Positions 27,074 to 35,548 of a DNA stretch of 64,000 nt are shown here, piece by piece. The notes below the pieces were generated by a model, which did not search any database, had not been told where the DNA came from, and saw only the letters and a program-made list of their open reading frames with translations. Position 1 is the first letter of the stretch, and every line of letters begins with the position of its first letter. The DNA lies in assembly GCA_963614045.1 (NCBI GenBank), contig CAVEBU010000002.1, forward strand, positions 676 to 64,675. Direction: 5' to 3'. The translations under genes were made by a program, and so were the position numbers. Source of the stretch: Alistipes finegoldii. Its GTDB lineage: Bacteria; Bacillota; Clostridia; Christensenellales; UBA1242.

Positions 27074-28816
27074 ATGGCAAATCGTATGGATTATAAGGAA
27101 ATGTTGAATAACGCAAGAAATTCGGGGCTTGACAAAACTTCAGGAAAGGGGGCAGGCTCTAAAACAAAAAGTTTCAAGCAATATGATAACGGCTTGGCAA
27201 TTTTGAGTAGATTGGGGCGCTCTTTTATCAATGCTGGTGGTTTTGTTTATGGCGGTGCAAAAAAAGTTTACAAAAAAGCAAGTCAAAATCGTACTGAGGC
27301 AAAAAGTTACAAGCAGTCTAAAAAGCAAATAGGTGGGCGTACTGTTAGTTTTGTGTCAAAGCAGGCGGGCAAGCTTTTGAAGAAAGAAACATACGCAAAT
27401 ATGGTTAATTATGCGAAAAACATCAATTTTACTAAGATTATTCCGTCAAGAAACGTTGTTAAAGGGTGGAACAACACTCAATTTCAAAAACTTGACAAAC
27501 GTGCTTTAGCTAAAATTGATTATGGAACCAAAACTAAAACTAAAAAAGAAAAAGAGAAAGAAAAAAGGCAAAATGGCTTGAGCGAGAAAATTTATCACGC
27601 TCTTGGTTCGGCTTACAGACCTAGAAAGCCAATTGTGATTTTGGATAAAAGCCAAACTGCTTATCCTATAGGCAGATTTAGTTATAATTCTTTGGGTGAT
27701 GGTTATTCTTGGGGAGGGATGACTTTCCCTCGTGATGAGTTTAAAATATATATTGAAGACAGTTTGACAAGTGCTGAAACTTTAAAAAAGATTGAACGAA
27801 TTCGCAAATTTGGGGTTGATACCGATCCTTATACTGCGTATGCTGACCTTGTTGCTAGGCGTGAAGCGGAAAGAGAGGCAAAAGCTAAGAAAGACGCCAA
27901 AAAAGCTGAAAAAAATGACAAAAAAGCCTCAAAAACCGGTAAAAAGGTCGCAAAAGTCAAGAAAACTAACAGCGCTCGCAAATACAATCCTTGGATTAGT
28001 GCGGTAAAAAGAGTCGCTCCATTTGGTTTGGCAGCGTTACCAAGCGGTTTAGCTCTTGGGTTCACTCTTAGCAATGCTCAAGGGCTAACCAACAAGTTTA
28101 ATTACATTCAAGCTCGGATTGCTGATGAGGAGGCGACTAATATTGCTAGAGAAAATTTCTTGCAGGAAATGGGTAATATTAATGCAAGTCAGTGGATTGA
28201 TGCTCAAGAAGTTGCGAGTCCTCTCGCTGAAAAGGTAAAGGAGCAGTACTTAATAAATTATCCGAACGACTTGGACGGTGCGCAAGCAGTTTATGACCAA
28301 GCGTATGCTAATAGTATGGCGAGTAGTTTGGGGCTTTCTCCTGAAAATTATGAGTTGTTCACCGAATTGCATGCACCACTTGCTGAAAAATGTTCTGAGA
28401 ATATTGGCGAATTGATTAACGAGGGCTGGCGTTCTTTGGGTTATGAGAGTATGTCTGATGCTATAGAAAAGAATCAGGATTTGCTAGAAAGAGCATTAAA
28501 TGGTGATACTGAGGCTAACGAAACTTGGAATAATATGGTAAAAGAAGCGTCTGCCTATTATCTTGATCAGGAAATATTCGATAAAATTAAAGATCAAGCA
28601 AGTGAATTTGCTATAGAAAACATATTTGAGACAGGGAATTATACTGATATTTCTGTTGGCGAATATCTTTCGGCACACCCAGAAGCTGGAGTTTTGGGCG
28701 TCGTTGGAGCTCTTGGTGTAGGTGTAGCTACTTACGGCGTAAGTCGTTATCTCATCAATCACTCAAGCAAAAAAGACGGTGCGGAAACTACGGCGGAAGA
28801 AACGCATTCGTTATAA
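27074..28816 (+). CDS. Lys-rich protein with C-terminal TM anchor, function unknown
   Basis: 580 aa. It has a basic low-complexity N-terminal half (KKEKEKEKR, KAKKDAKKAEKNDKKASKTGKK), two hydrophobic segments and a C-terminal GVLGVVGALGVGVATYGV helix. Confidence 0.5.
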   Translation: MANRMDYKEMLNNARNSGLDKTSGKGAGSKTKSFKQYDNGLAILSRLGRSFINAGGFVYGGAKKVYKKASQNRTEAKSYKQSKKQIGGRTVSFVSKQAGKLLKKETYANMVNYAKNINFTKIIPSRNVVKGWNNTQFQKLDKRALAKIDYGTKTKTKKEKEKEKRQNGLSEKIYHALGSAYRPRKPIVILDKSQTAYPIGRFSYNSLGDGYSWGGMTFPRDEFKIYIEDSLTSAETLKKIERIRKFGVDTDPYTAYADLVARREAEREAKAKKDAKKAEKNDKKASKTGKKVAKVKKTNSARKYNPWISAVKRVAPFGLAALPSGLALGFTLSNAQGLTNKFNYIQARIADEEATNIARENFLQEMGNINASQWIDAQEVASPLAEKVKEQYLINYPNDLDGAQAVYDQAYANSMASSLGLSPENYELFTELHAPLAEKCSENIGELINEGWRSLGYESMSDAIEKNQDLLERALNGDTEANETWNNMVKEASAYYLDQEIFDKIKDQASEFAIENIFETGNYTDISVGEYLSAHPEAGVLGVVGALGVGVATYGVSRYLINHSSKKDGAETTAEETHSL

Positions 28817-28854
28817 TTTGAGTGTAATTTTACTAAAAAATAGTATAAAAATCG

Positions 28855-28887
28855 CAAAAAACCAGTTTTTTAGCTGGTTTTTTTGTA
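28855..28887 (+). terminator. intrinsic terminator
   Basis: AAACCAG...CTGGTTT stem followed by a T run. Confidence 0.6.
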
Positions 28888-28961
28888 TTTTTACGGGTTT
28901 TGTTGTGGCTTTGCTTGTAAAAATTACTAAAATTTGATAGAATTATGCTTGTGAGGAGCAA

Positions 28962-29900
28962 GTGATGAGGGAAAATATCAAAAATATCGTAAATTATTGT
29001 GTTTTTAGTGCGATTTTGACTATTTTTGCGGTCGCTTTTGTTGTATGTTATAATTTTTATGACTCATTTAAGGGGTGCTATATTGTGCCAGGCAGTTCAA
29101 TCGAGTTGAATGAAGTGACTGACAATACGATTTCTGTTATGACTTACAATATCCGATATGATTTTTGGGCGCAAACCGAAGAAGAAAAGCTAAATTCGTG
29201 GAAAAATCGTGCGCCGATTATGTCAAAACTGTTAAACGAGTGCAAGCCGGCTATTATTTGTATGCAAGAAGTCACGCATTCGCAAGAATTTTATATGAAG
29301 CGGTTCTTGAAAGGCTACAATGTTGTTGTAAATTATAGAGAAAATGGAATTTCCGCTGAGGGTACGATGATTTTTTATAGGACTGATTTATTTGATTTGG
29401 TTAAGAGCGAAACTTTTTGGCTGAGCGAAACCCCCGATGTTGTTAGCAAAAGTTGGGGTTCTACGAATTACAGAACGTGTACTATAAATGTCTTAAAAGA
29501 TAAACGAACGCAAGCGACTTTTTTGGTGGCGGACACTCATCTTGACACAAAAAGCGATTCTGTAAGACTAAAACAAGTCTGTGTAATTTTGAACAAAATA
29601 AAAAGCTATAATTTGCCCACCTTGTTAATGGGGGACTTTAATAGTAGCTATTATTCTGAAACGATTCAAGAAGTAAAAACCTCTTTGTCTGATATTGGTG
29701 TGGGGTGGGCGGATGAAAAGGCTGGAACCTATAACGGCTTCCGTTCGGGCGCTATTTCTTATGGCGCAAAAATCGACTGGATATTTAAAACTAATGATAG
29801 TTTTGTTGTGAATAAATATGCAGTAATTACTAACAGCTACGACGGAAGATACCCCAGCGACCATTTCCCTATTTATGCAGAACTTATGCAAAATCTGTAA
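28962..29900 (+). CDS. endonuclease/exonuclease/phosphatase (EEP) family protein with N-terminal TM
   Basis: MTYNIRYD near the N-terminus of the domain and a C-terminal SDHFPIYAEL motif. Confidence 0.8.
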   Translation: MMRENIKNIVNYCVFSAILTIFAVAFVVCYNFYDSFKGCYIVPGSSIELNEVTDNTISVMTYNIRYDFWAQTEEEKLNSWKNRAPIMSKLLNECKPAIICMQEVTHSQEFYMKRFLKGYNVVVNYRENGISAEGTMIFYRTDLFDLVKSETFWLSETPDVVSKSWGSTNYRTCTINVLKDKRTQATFLVADTHLDTKSDSVRLKQVCVILNKIKSYNLPTLLMGDFNSSYYSETIQEVKTSLSDIGVGWADEKAGTYNGFRSGAISYGAKIDWIFKTNDSFVVNKYAVITNSYDGRYPSDHFPIYAELMQNL

Positions 29901-30239
29901 TTTAGGTGTAGGTGGTTAGTGAAAATTAATTTTGCGAAAAAATCTAAAAAAATCTAAAAAAATGAATTTGTTTGTGATTTTTTATAATTTTGCGAGCGTT
30001 TTTTTAAGTTGATTTTTCTGGTATTTTTTTGCGAATTATTTTAGATATTAATAAATATTAAAAATGTAGAATAAAATCAAGGTTTCGTAGTGATGAATAG
30101 ATTTGCAAGCGATATTTTAATTATTATAAAAATTAAATAATATGCACTGCGAAAATTTTTGAAATACAGCCTTGTTTTACGCAAAATAACTATCTTTTAA
30201 AATTCGTCAAAATACTGCGATAAAATTAGTCAAAAACAT

Positions 30240-30268
30240 TTGCCGAAATCAAATTTTTGCTATATAAT
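30240..30268 (+). promoter_or_regulatory. sigma-A type promoter
   Basis: TTGCCG (30240-30245), 17 nt, TATAAT (30263-30268). Confidence 0.5.
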
Positions 30269-30297
30269 ATAATATACTTTAATTATGGAGAATTATA

Positions 30298-30969
30298 TTG
30301 GGAATTTTTAGCTTTTTTGATTCGGGGTTGAGTGCTGTTGAAATTTTGATTACTTTGGGTGCGTGGGTTATTGCTATTTTGATAGCACTTGTCTTGCGTG
30401 AGGTTGTGCGTGGGTGTGTTGCTGTAAAAATGGGGGACAACACCCCGAAAGTGTCGGGACGACTTAGTTTGAACCCAGCGAAACACTTTGACTTGATTGG
30501 TTTCTTGTGTATCTTAATTGTCGGTTTCGGTTGGTCTAAAGGTATGCCGATTAACGCAAACAATTTTAGAGATATAAAAAAGGGGCAAATTCTTTGCTCC
30601 GTTTCGGGAATCATCACTAACTTTGTGATTTTTATCGTGTTCACATTTTTGTATGTTGTTTGCGCTTTATTCTTTAGTCAGTCGGTATTGATTTTAAAAT
30701 TTTTGACGCTCATTTGCTATTATACTGCAATGATTAACTTGTTTATCGGCATATTTAACTTGCTACCGATTTATCCTTTGGATATGTTTGGGTTGGTGGA
30801 AACGTTCTGCCGTTACGACAATCGCTATGTGAATTTTATGTACCGTTACGGAAGTTTAATCTTGCTAGCAGTCGTAATGGCTTTGGCGTGCTTCCCTGTG
30901 CTTACAAACTGGATTTACTACGATGTATTTAAGGGGCTTGCAGGGTTGTTTGGAATGATTTTTAGCTAA
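30298..30969 (+). CDS. site-2 protease (peptidase M50) family homolog lacking the HExxH zinc ligands
   Basis: Family pattern ...GD.T....GRLSLNP..H.D.IG... and NLLPIYPLD is present, but the expected HExxH reads REVVR (CGT GAG GTT GTG CGT). Confidence 0.7.
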   Translation: MGIFSFFDSGLSAVEILITLGAWVIAILIALVLREVVRGCVAVKMGDNTPKVSGRLSLNPAKHFDLIGFLCILIVGFGWSKGMPINANNFRDIKKGQILCSVSGIITNFVIFIVFTFLYVVCALFFSQSVLILKFLTLICYYTAMINLFIGIFNLLPIYPLDMFGLVETFCRYDNRYVNFMYRYGSLILLAVVMALACFPVLTNWIYYDVFKGLAGLFGMIFS

Positions 30970-30987
30970 ATGCAAGGTGGATAAAAA

Positions 30988-31848
30988 ATGGAGAACGAAT
31001 TTGAAAACAAACAAAACAAGCTTGATTTGGGCGAATTTGAAAGTGTTGCCGACGAGCTTGATTTGAACGGAATTACGCAAGATGATGTGAGCGAAGTCAG
31101 TGAAATGGTCTTTTATTTTGAAAATCACGAAGGCCCGCTCGACGTACTTTGGAGGCTAGTCAAGTCCACAAAACTTGACATTAAGGCTGTGAAAATTGCT
31201 GACATCACTAGCCAATACCTCGATTACATTCACAATCTTAAGGACATTGATATGGAAAGTATGAGCTGGTTTATTAGGGAAGCGTCGAAGCTTTTGGAAG
31301 TTAAATCGAATTCGCTTTTGCCGAAGCCTGAAGCTCAAGACGAGGCGGACGAAGTGGATTTGGAAGAACTTTACAAGCGCCGTATGGAAATGTACCGACT
31401 TTTCAAGGAAACGAGCGAAACTTTGGGGGAGCGAGAAAATACTGACCGCTTTTATAAAGAGCCTGAAAAGTCCGCAAACGACTACCGAATTGTGCTGAAA
31501 AATATGAATATGCAAAATTTGGTGGACGCTTTCAGCAAGCTTTTGGTGAAAGTTGAACAAAAAAATGCGCCGATTGTGGAACGAAAAGTTCAAAAGGATC
31601 GCTTCACTGTGCGGGAGTGCTTCGACAATATTCAGACGAAATTAGACACGAACAAAAAAGTGCGTTTCGACGAACTTTTTGGGGCGGATTTCACTAAAAG
31701 CGAGATTATTAACACGTTTTTGGCGCTGTTGGAGTTGCTGAAAATTCAATATGCGAGAGTTTTGCAGGCGGATTTGTTCGGCGAAATTGATATTGAGAAA
31801 AAAGAGGGGGAAACAGTAAATGCTGAAGAACTTACCGAGTATAATTGA
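30988..31848 (+). CDS. scpA: segregation and condensation protein A
   Basis: HEGPLDVLWRLVKSTKLDIKAVKIADITSQYLDYI matches the ScpA N-terminal signature; scpB follows. Confidence 0.85.
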   Translation: MENEFENKQNKLDLGEFESVADELDLNGITQDDVSEVSEMVFYFENHEGPLDVLWRLVKSTKLDIKAVKIADITSQYLDYIHNLKDIDMESMSWFIREASKLLEVKSNSLLPKPEAQDEADEVDLEELYKRRMEMYRLFKETSETLGERENTDRFYKEPEKSANDYRIVLKNMNMQNLVDAFSKLLVKVEQKNAPIVERKVQKDRFTVRECFDNIQTKLDTNKKVRFDELFGADFTKSEIINTFLALLELLKIQYARVLQADLFGEIDIEKKEGETVNAEELTEYN

Positions 31849-32479
31849 GGGAATTATGTTTGTCGCTGGCGCAGGCGTTAGCGTGACGGATATTGCGGAA
31901 AAATTGGGCGTGACTGAGGACGAAGTTAAAGCGGGCGTGTATGTTTTGCAAAAGAAATACGACGAAACTAGCGGAATTCAAATCATTACTTATAAGGGGA
32001 AAATTCAGTTCTGCACCAATCCCGAATTCGCCGACCCAATTAGTCTGGTGCTGAATCCGATTAAAGAGCGGGCGCTGACAAAAACCGCTCTTGAAACTGT
32101 GGCAATTATCGCTTATCAGCAACCGATTACTCGGCTTGAAGTTGAAAATATTCGTGGGGTTGGGTGCGATTATGCGATTCAGCTATTGCTTGCGCACAAC
32201 CTTATTGAAGTCGTTGGGCGGAAAGACGTTATCGGAAAACCGCTACTTTTCGGTACGACGGACGAATTTTTGAAGAGGTTCGAACTGCAGAGCTTGGACG
32301 ATTTGCCGAAATACGAGGAACTTATGGCGCAAATTAAAGTTCTCAACTCTGGCGCTGACAACGACTCAATCTATAACGAATTCGATATTGACGAGAATGC
32401 GGACAGCGAGGGCGAAACTGTTATTGCGGACGGAGAAACGGAAGCCGAAGCGTCGGAAAAATGTGTTGCTTGCGGTTAA
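31820..32479 (+). CDS. scpB: segregation and condensation protein B
   Basis: IIEGIMFVAGAGVSV..., ETVAIIAYQQPITRLEVENIRGV and GKPLLFGTTDEFLKRF motifs; overlaps the scpA end. Confidence 0.85.
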   Translation: MLKNLPSIIEGIMFVAGAGVSVTDIAEKLGVTEDEVKAGVYVLQKKYDETSGIQIITYKGKIQFCTNPEFADPISLVLNPIKERALTKTALETVAIIAYQQPITRLEVENIRGVGCDYAIQLLLAHNLIEVVGRKDVIGKPLLFGTTDEFLKRFELQSLDDLPKYEELMAQIKVLNSGADNDSIYNEFDIDENADSEGETVIADGETEAEASEKCVACG

Positions 32480-32487
32480 GTAGGGGC

Positions 32488-32574
32488 GGGGGCTTGGTGC
32501 ATACGCTGAAAGCGTATGCCGTCCTGCTTCGCAGGACGGGGTGCGTTCGGCACGAACGCACGCACCAAGCCCCC
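32488..32574 (+). other. GC-rich four-way-junction element (13-bp closing stem + three perfect hairpins)
   Basis: GGGGGCTTGGTGC (32488-32500) pairs with GCACCAAGCCCCC (32562-32574). Inside are ATACGC-TGAAA-GCGTAT, CGTCCTGC-TTC-GCAGGACG and GTGCGTTCG-GCA-CGAACGCAC. Confidence 0.7.
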
Positions 32575-32610
32575 CGTGTCCTTCGAAGTGACATTGTTGT
32601 TGTTTTGGTA

Positions 32611-32656
32611 AAATTCTAGACAGTTGCGTATTTTTGCCTGCCTAGAATTTTTTATT
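32611..32656 (+). terminator. probable intrinsic terminator of scpAB
   Basis: AAATTCTAG.CAG / CTG.CTAGAATTT stem followed by TTTTATTT. Confidence 0.5.
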
Positions 32657-32770
32657 TACGCTTCTTTTGTTTGTAAATTCCTCAAAATATTTGTCGTAAA
32701 AATACTTAAAATTACTAAATAAAAAAATTTAAAAAAATTAAAAATTTTTTAAAAAACTTGTCGAAATCGC

Positions 32771-32795
32771 TTGACAATATATATATATATATATA
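32771..32795 (+). promoter_or_regulatory. promoter-like element with (TA) repeat in the spacer
   Basis: TTGACA (32771-32776) is followed by ATATATATATATATATA (32777-32793), and TATAAT (32790-32795) overlaps the end of that tract. The spacer is only 13 nt as sequenced. Confidence 0.4.
32777..32793. repeat. dinucleotide (AT)8A microsatellite
   Basis: Read directly from the sequence. Confidence 0.95.
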
Positions 32796-32831
32796 ATTGA
32801 TATGAGGCTTTTAAAAAAGGAGATAAAAAAA

Positions 32832-33671
32832 ATGACAAAAGCTATTAAACAAACAATTTTGGCGTTATTTGCGGTTTTGTTGTTTGTGTCGTGTGCGTTT
32901 ATGTTTTCGGCTTGTGGTAAGGACGACAACAAATCTTCAAAGGACAACACTTCAACAACTGATGTTCAGTTGACAAATGAGCAGTGTGCGACTGCTTGTA
33001 CTGCGGTATCGACAATGTTAAAGGAGCAGTACAACAAAGGTGCTTCAAGCGAGAGTTCTTCAGAGACAAAAACTGCTGACACACTTTCGCTAGTTCCAGA
33101 TAGTAAGTTGGGTAATATTGATACTGTTGATTATAGTGGTGTGGGGAGATTCCTCGCTTTTGGTATTTCAAGTGCTGCGTTTGATTCTTCGGTTTTGGTG
33201 TGTAGGGGTGAATACGCAAGAAACACTGTTGTTGAGGGAGACATAAAAGTTATCAACGACACGAGTGCTAAGGCGAAGCTTACAATTGTAGGTCTCAATA
33301 GCATTATCAAGGGTGAATGTGTTGTTACTGTGATGGGTAAGGAGAGCTACGCTTACTATGTAAACTACTCAGTTAGGTATGACTTCACAAAGGGAAGTCT
33401 TGAAGAATATGAATTGTATGTGTTTGACAACAATGCTGAAAGTCGTGGCGAATTGTTGTATGTTGTAAATTACGACAAGACAAAAGGTATGCGTGGGTAC
33501 ATAGAATCTTCAGCAACAAATGACAATAATCCTCAAACTTCGATTACAACAACAGCAAAAACATCTGCTTCTACTTTCTACGCAAAGACGGCTGTAAAAT
33601 CTGACTACGACTTTACGGAATGCTTTGAGAGATATTTGTCTTCAACTTCCTCATCTCAAGCGGTTGCTTAG
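32832..33671 (+). CDS. lipoprotein, function unknown
   Basis: ATG 32832 lies after AGGAG. The signal peptide has a lipobox ...FMFSAC-GKDD. Confidence 0.7.
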   Translation: MTKAIKQTILALFAVLLFVSCAFMFSACGKDDNKSSKDNTSTTDVQLTNEQCATACTAVSTMLKEQYNKGASSESSSETKTADTLSLVPDSKLGNIDTVDYSGVGRFLAFGISSAAFDSSVLVCRGEYARNTVVEGDIKVINDTSAKAKLTIVGLNSIIKGECVVTVMGKESYAYYVNYSVRYDFTKGSLEEYELYVFDNNAESRGELLYVVNYDKTKGMRGYIESSATNDNNPQTSITTTAKTSASTFYAKTAVKSDYDFTECFERYLSSTSSSQAVA

Positions 33672-33684
33672 ATTATTAAATTGC

Positions 33685-33713
33685 AAAAAGGCGGTGCATT
33701 GCCGTCTTTTTTT
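33685..33713 (+). terminator. intrinsic terminator
   Basis: AAAAAGGCGG-TGCATTG-CCGTCTTTTT. Confidence 0.65.
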
Positions 33714-33836
33714 GTTTTTATGGCGGTTTTGAGCGGTGATAGATGTTTGTTAATTTTTAATTAATCAAAAAATTGGGAAAAGTGTGAATTCTTAGGTTTT
33801 TTAATAATAATTTGGTAAAAAATCTGAATTTGGGTA

Positions 33837-33865
33837 TTGAAAAAGTGGGGAAACTGTGTTATAAT
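33837..33865 (+). promoter_or_regulatory. sigma-A type promoter
   Basis: TTGAAA (33837-33842), 17 nt, TATAAT (33860-33865). This rules out the ORF-track start at 33869. Confidence 0.55.
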
Positions 33866-33898
33866 TGAGTGTATGAATTCATTAGAGGGGAGCAAAAA

Positions 33899-35308
33899 AT
33901 GTTTTACAAAAAAGATAACGTGGGTTTGTTCGAGGCGATTTGCGACGAGTTGGGGCTAGATGCGGATAAACAAGTTATGTTGGCGAAATCAAAATTGGAT
34001 GAAGTAACTAAGCTTGAAATTAATCACGACACTTGCGACAAACTTGGTGTAGATTCAAGTAAATTGACCGTATTGCCAAAGGTTAGTTCGAAAAAGAAAA
34101 TCAACGTGCAAAGTTTGAAAGGTATCGAGCAGTTAGCTAATTTGCAATATTTTGCGATTTTTGGCGATAATTTGCAAAAATATGCTTATTTGCCGAAAGA
34201 AGAGGTCACGAGTGAGCTTGTTGAGAAGTGCGAAAAGTATAGAGATTATAATCAAGTTACAGATTATTCGCCTTTGCGGAATTGCCCGAAATTACAGCAA
34301 GTAGTTTTGTTTGAGCAACACAAAGCGGAATTTGTCGACCTTGGGAATTGTGCGGGACTTGTTGACGTGCGATTTTTAAATTGTGGTAATTTAAAGACGG
34401 TTTCGGGGCTAAACGATTCGGCTAAAACGGGTACGCTAAAGCGGGTATATTTTGACGGCTGTGACAATTTGCAGTGTATGTTGGACGAAAAAGAATTTTT
34501 TGTAAGTTTGAGGTCGCAACCTGAGTTGTTTTGTTCTTTGCCACCGTCTTATGCGATTAGTTTGTTAAAAAGAGATTCAAAATTTGCGGGAATCTTGATA
34601 AAATCTTCACAGCAAATTGAATTCTTGGATTCGTTTGCTTTGCGGGGGCTTTCGGCAGAGCAGATGGTGTTGGCTTATGACAAGCTTAAAAAGATTGAAA
34701 ATGAAATGTGTGCTTTTGATGAATCTCCAAAGCAACAGTTTGTGAGTTTTTATAGATTTTTTTGCGATACAAAAGAGCGGTATCCTATAAAATCTTGCGA
34801 TGATGAGACGGCGGAGCAGAGAGAAATTCGAGAGAGTGTCGAAGCAAGAGTGTCGAAGCAAAAGATTTACGAATCGTGTATTGCGCTATTATTGGGGAAT
34901 TACGGCAACGAATTAGGTTGCGCTGGGACGCTGAATTTGTGCGGACAATATTTGGGTGTTGCGCTTGAAACGTATTTGGGGAAAAGTTGCGACGACGAAA
35001 AAAACGTTGCGGTTTCTCGATTGAAATATGAGCCTTGGAGCAACGAGAAGCCTAACGCTACGTATTTTGATTTGTTTAGAGATTTGGGTAGTGAGCAGTC
35101 GGAATATTTTGATTTAACCCACGAGCAATTAGTCGCAAAGGGGAATTTTGAGCCTTTATCAGTAAATGATTCGGGCGACTATGCAAGCGAAGATATTCAA
35201 GGTATAATAAAGGATATGGGCTATTTGGTCACATCAGCATATAATAAAACGCTTATAAATAAGCAAAATGCTAGCGAATCCAATGAGAAACAAATGGCGT
35301 TGCAATAA
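33899..35308 (+). CDS. leucine-rich-repeat protein with unassigned Cys-rich C-terminal domain
   Basis: ATG 33899 lies after GAGGGGA. LRR-like units are present (LKGIEQLANLQYFAIFG, LRNCPKLQQVVLF, LGNCAGLVDVRFLNCGNLKTVSGL). No signal peptide. Confidence 0.55.
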   Translation: MFYKKDNVGLFEAICDELGLDADKQVMLAKSKLDEVTKLEINHDTCDKLGVDSSKLTVLPKVSSKKKINVQSLKGIEQLANLQYFAIFGDNLQKYAYLPKEEVTSELVEKCEKYRDYNQVTDYSPLRNCPKLQQVVLFEQHKAEFVDLGNCAGLVDVRFLNCGNLKTVSGLNDSAKTGTLKRVYFDGCDNLQCMLDEKEFFVSLRSQPELFCSLPPSYAISLLKRDSKFAGILIKSSQQIEFLDSFALRGLSAEQMVLAYDKLKKIENEMCAFDESPKQQFVSFYRFFCDTKERYPIKSCDDETAEQREIRESVEARVSKQKIYESCIALLLGNYGNELGCAGTLNLCGQYLGVALETYLGKSCDDEKNVAVSRLKYEPWSNEKPNATYFDLFRDLGSEQSEYFDLTHEQLVAKGNFEPLSVNDSGDYASEDIQGIIKDMGYLVTSAYNKTLINKQNASESNEKQMALQ

Positions 35309-35428
35309 TTCAAAGATTTTTATGCGGGCGGGGTGGTACTCAGCCCGTTTTTGATGCTTGAAATTTGTGTGTTGGTTCAAAATATTAAAAAATTTGCAAA
35401 AAAAATCAAAAAAATTGCGAATAATATC

Positions 35429-35457
35429 TTGATTGTTGTGCGATTTTGTGATATAAT
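35429..35457 (+). promoter_or_regulatory. sigma-A type promoter of typA
   Basis: TTGATT (35429-35434), 17 nt, TATAAT (35452-35457), with a TGTGA extended -10. Confidence 0.6.
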
Positions 35458-35476
35458 TAATGCACAATTTGCAGTT

Positions 35477-35508
35477 TAGAGCGTGAAACTACGCTCTATA
35501 TTGTTTTT
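35477..35508 (+). promoter_or_regulatory. leader hairpin with terminator-like tail in the typA 5' UTR
   Basis: TAGAGCGT-GAAACT-ACGCTCTA followed by TATTGTTTTT. Confidence 0.35.
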
Positions 35509-35548
35509 AAAAACGAAAAAAGAGAGAGATTTTTAGGGAGAAAATACA

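Noticed and set aside
35444-35461. 18-nt identity TTTTGTGATATAATTAAT shared by the typA and MMPL promoters (also 50212-50229)
   Set aside because: It is explained by both being near-consensus extended -10 promoters in AT-rich DNA, with no evidence for a specific regulator site.
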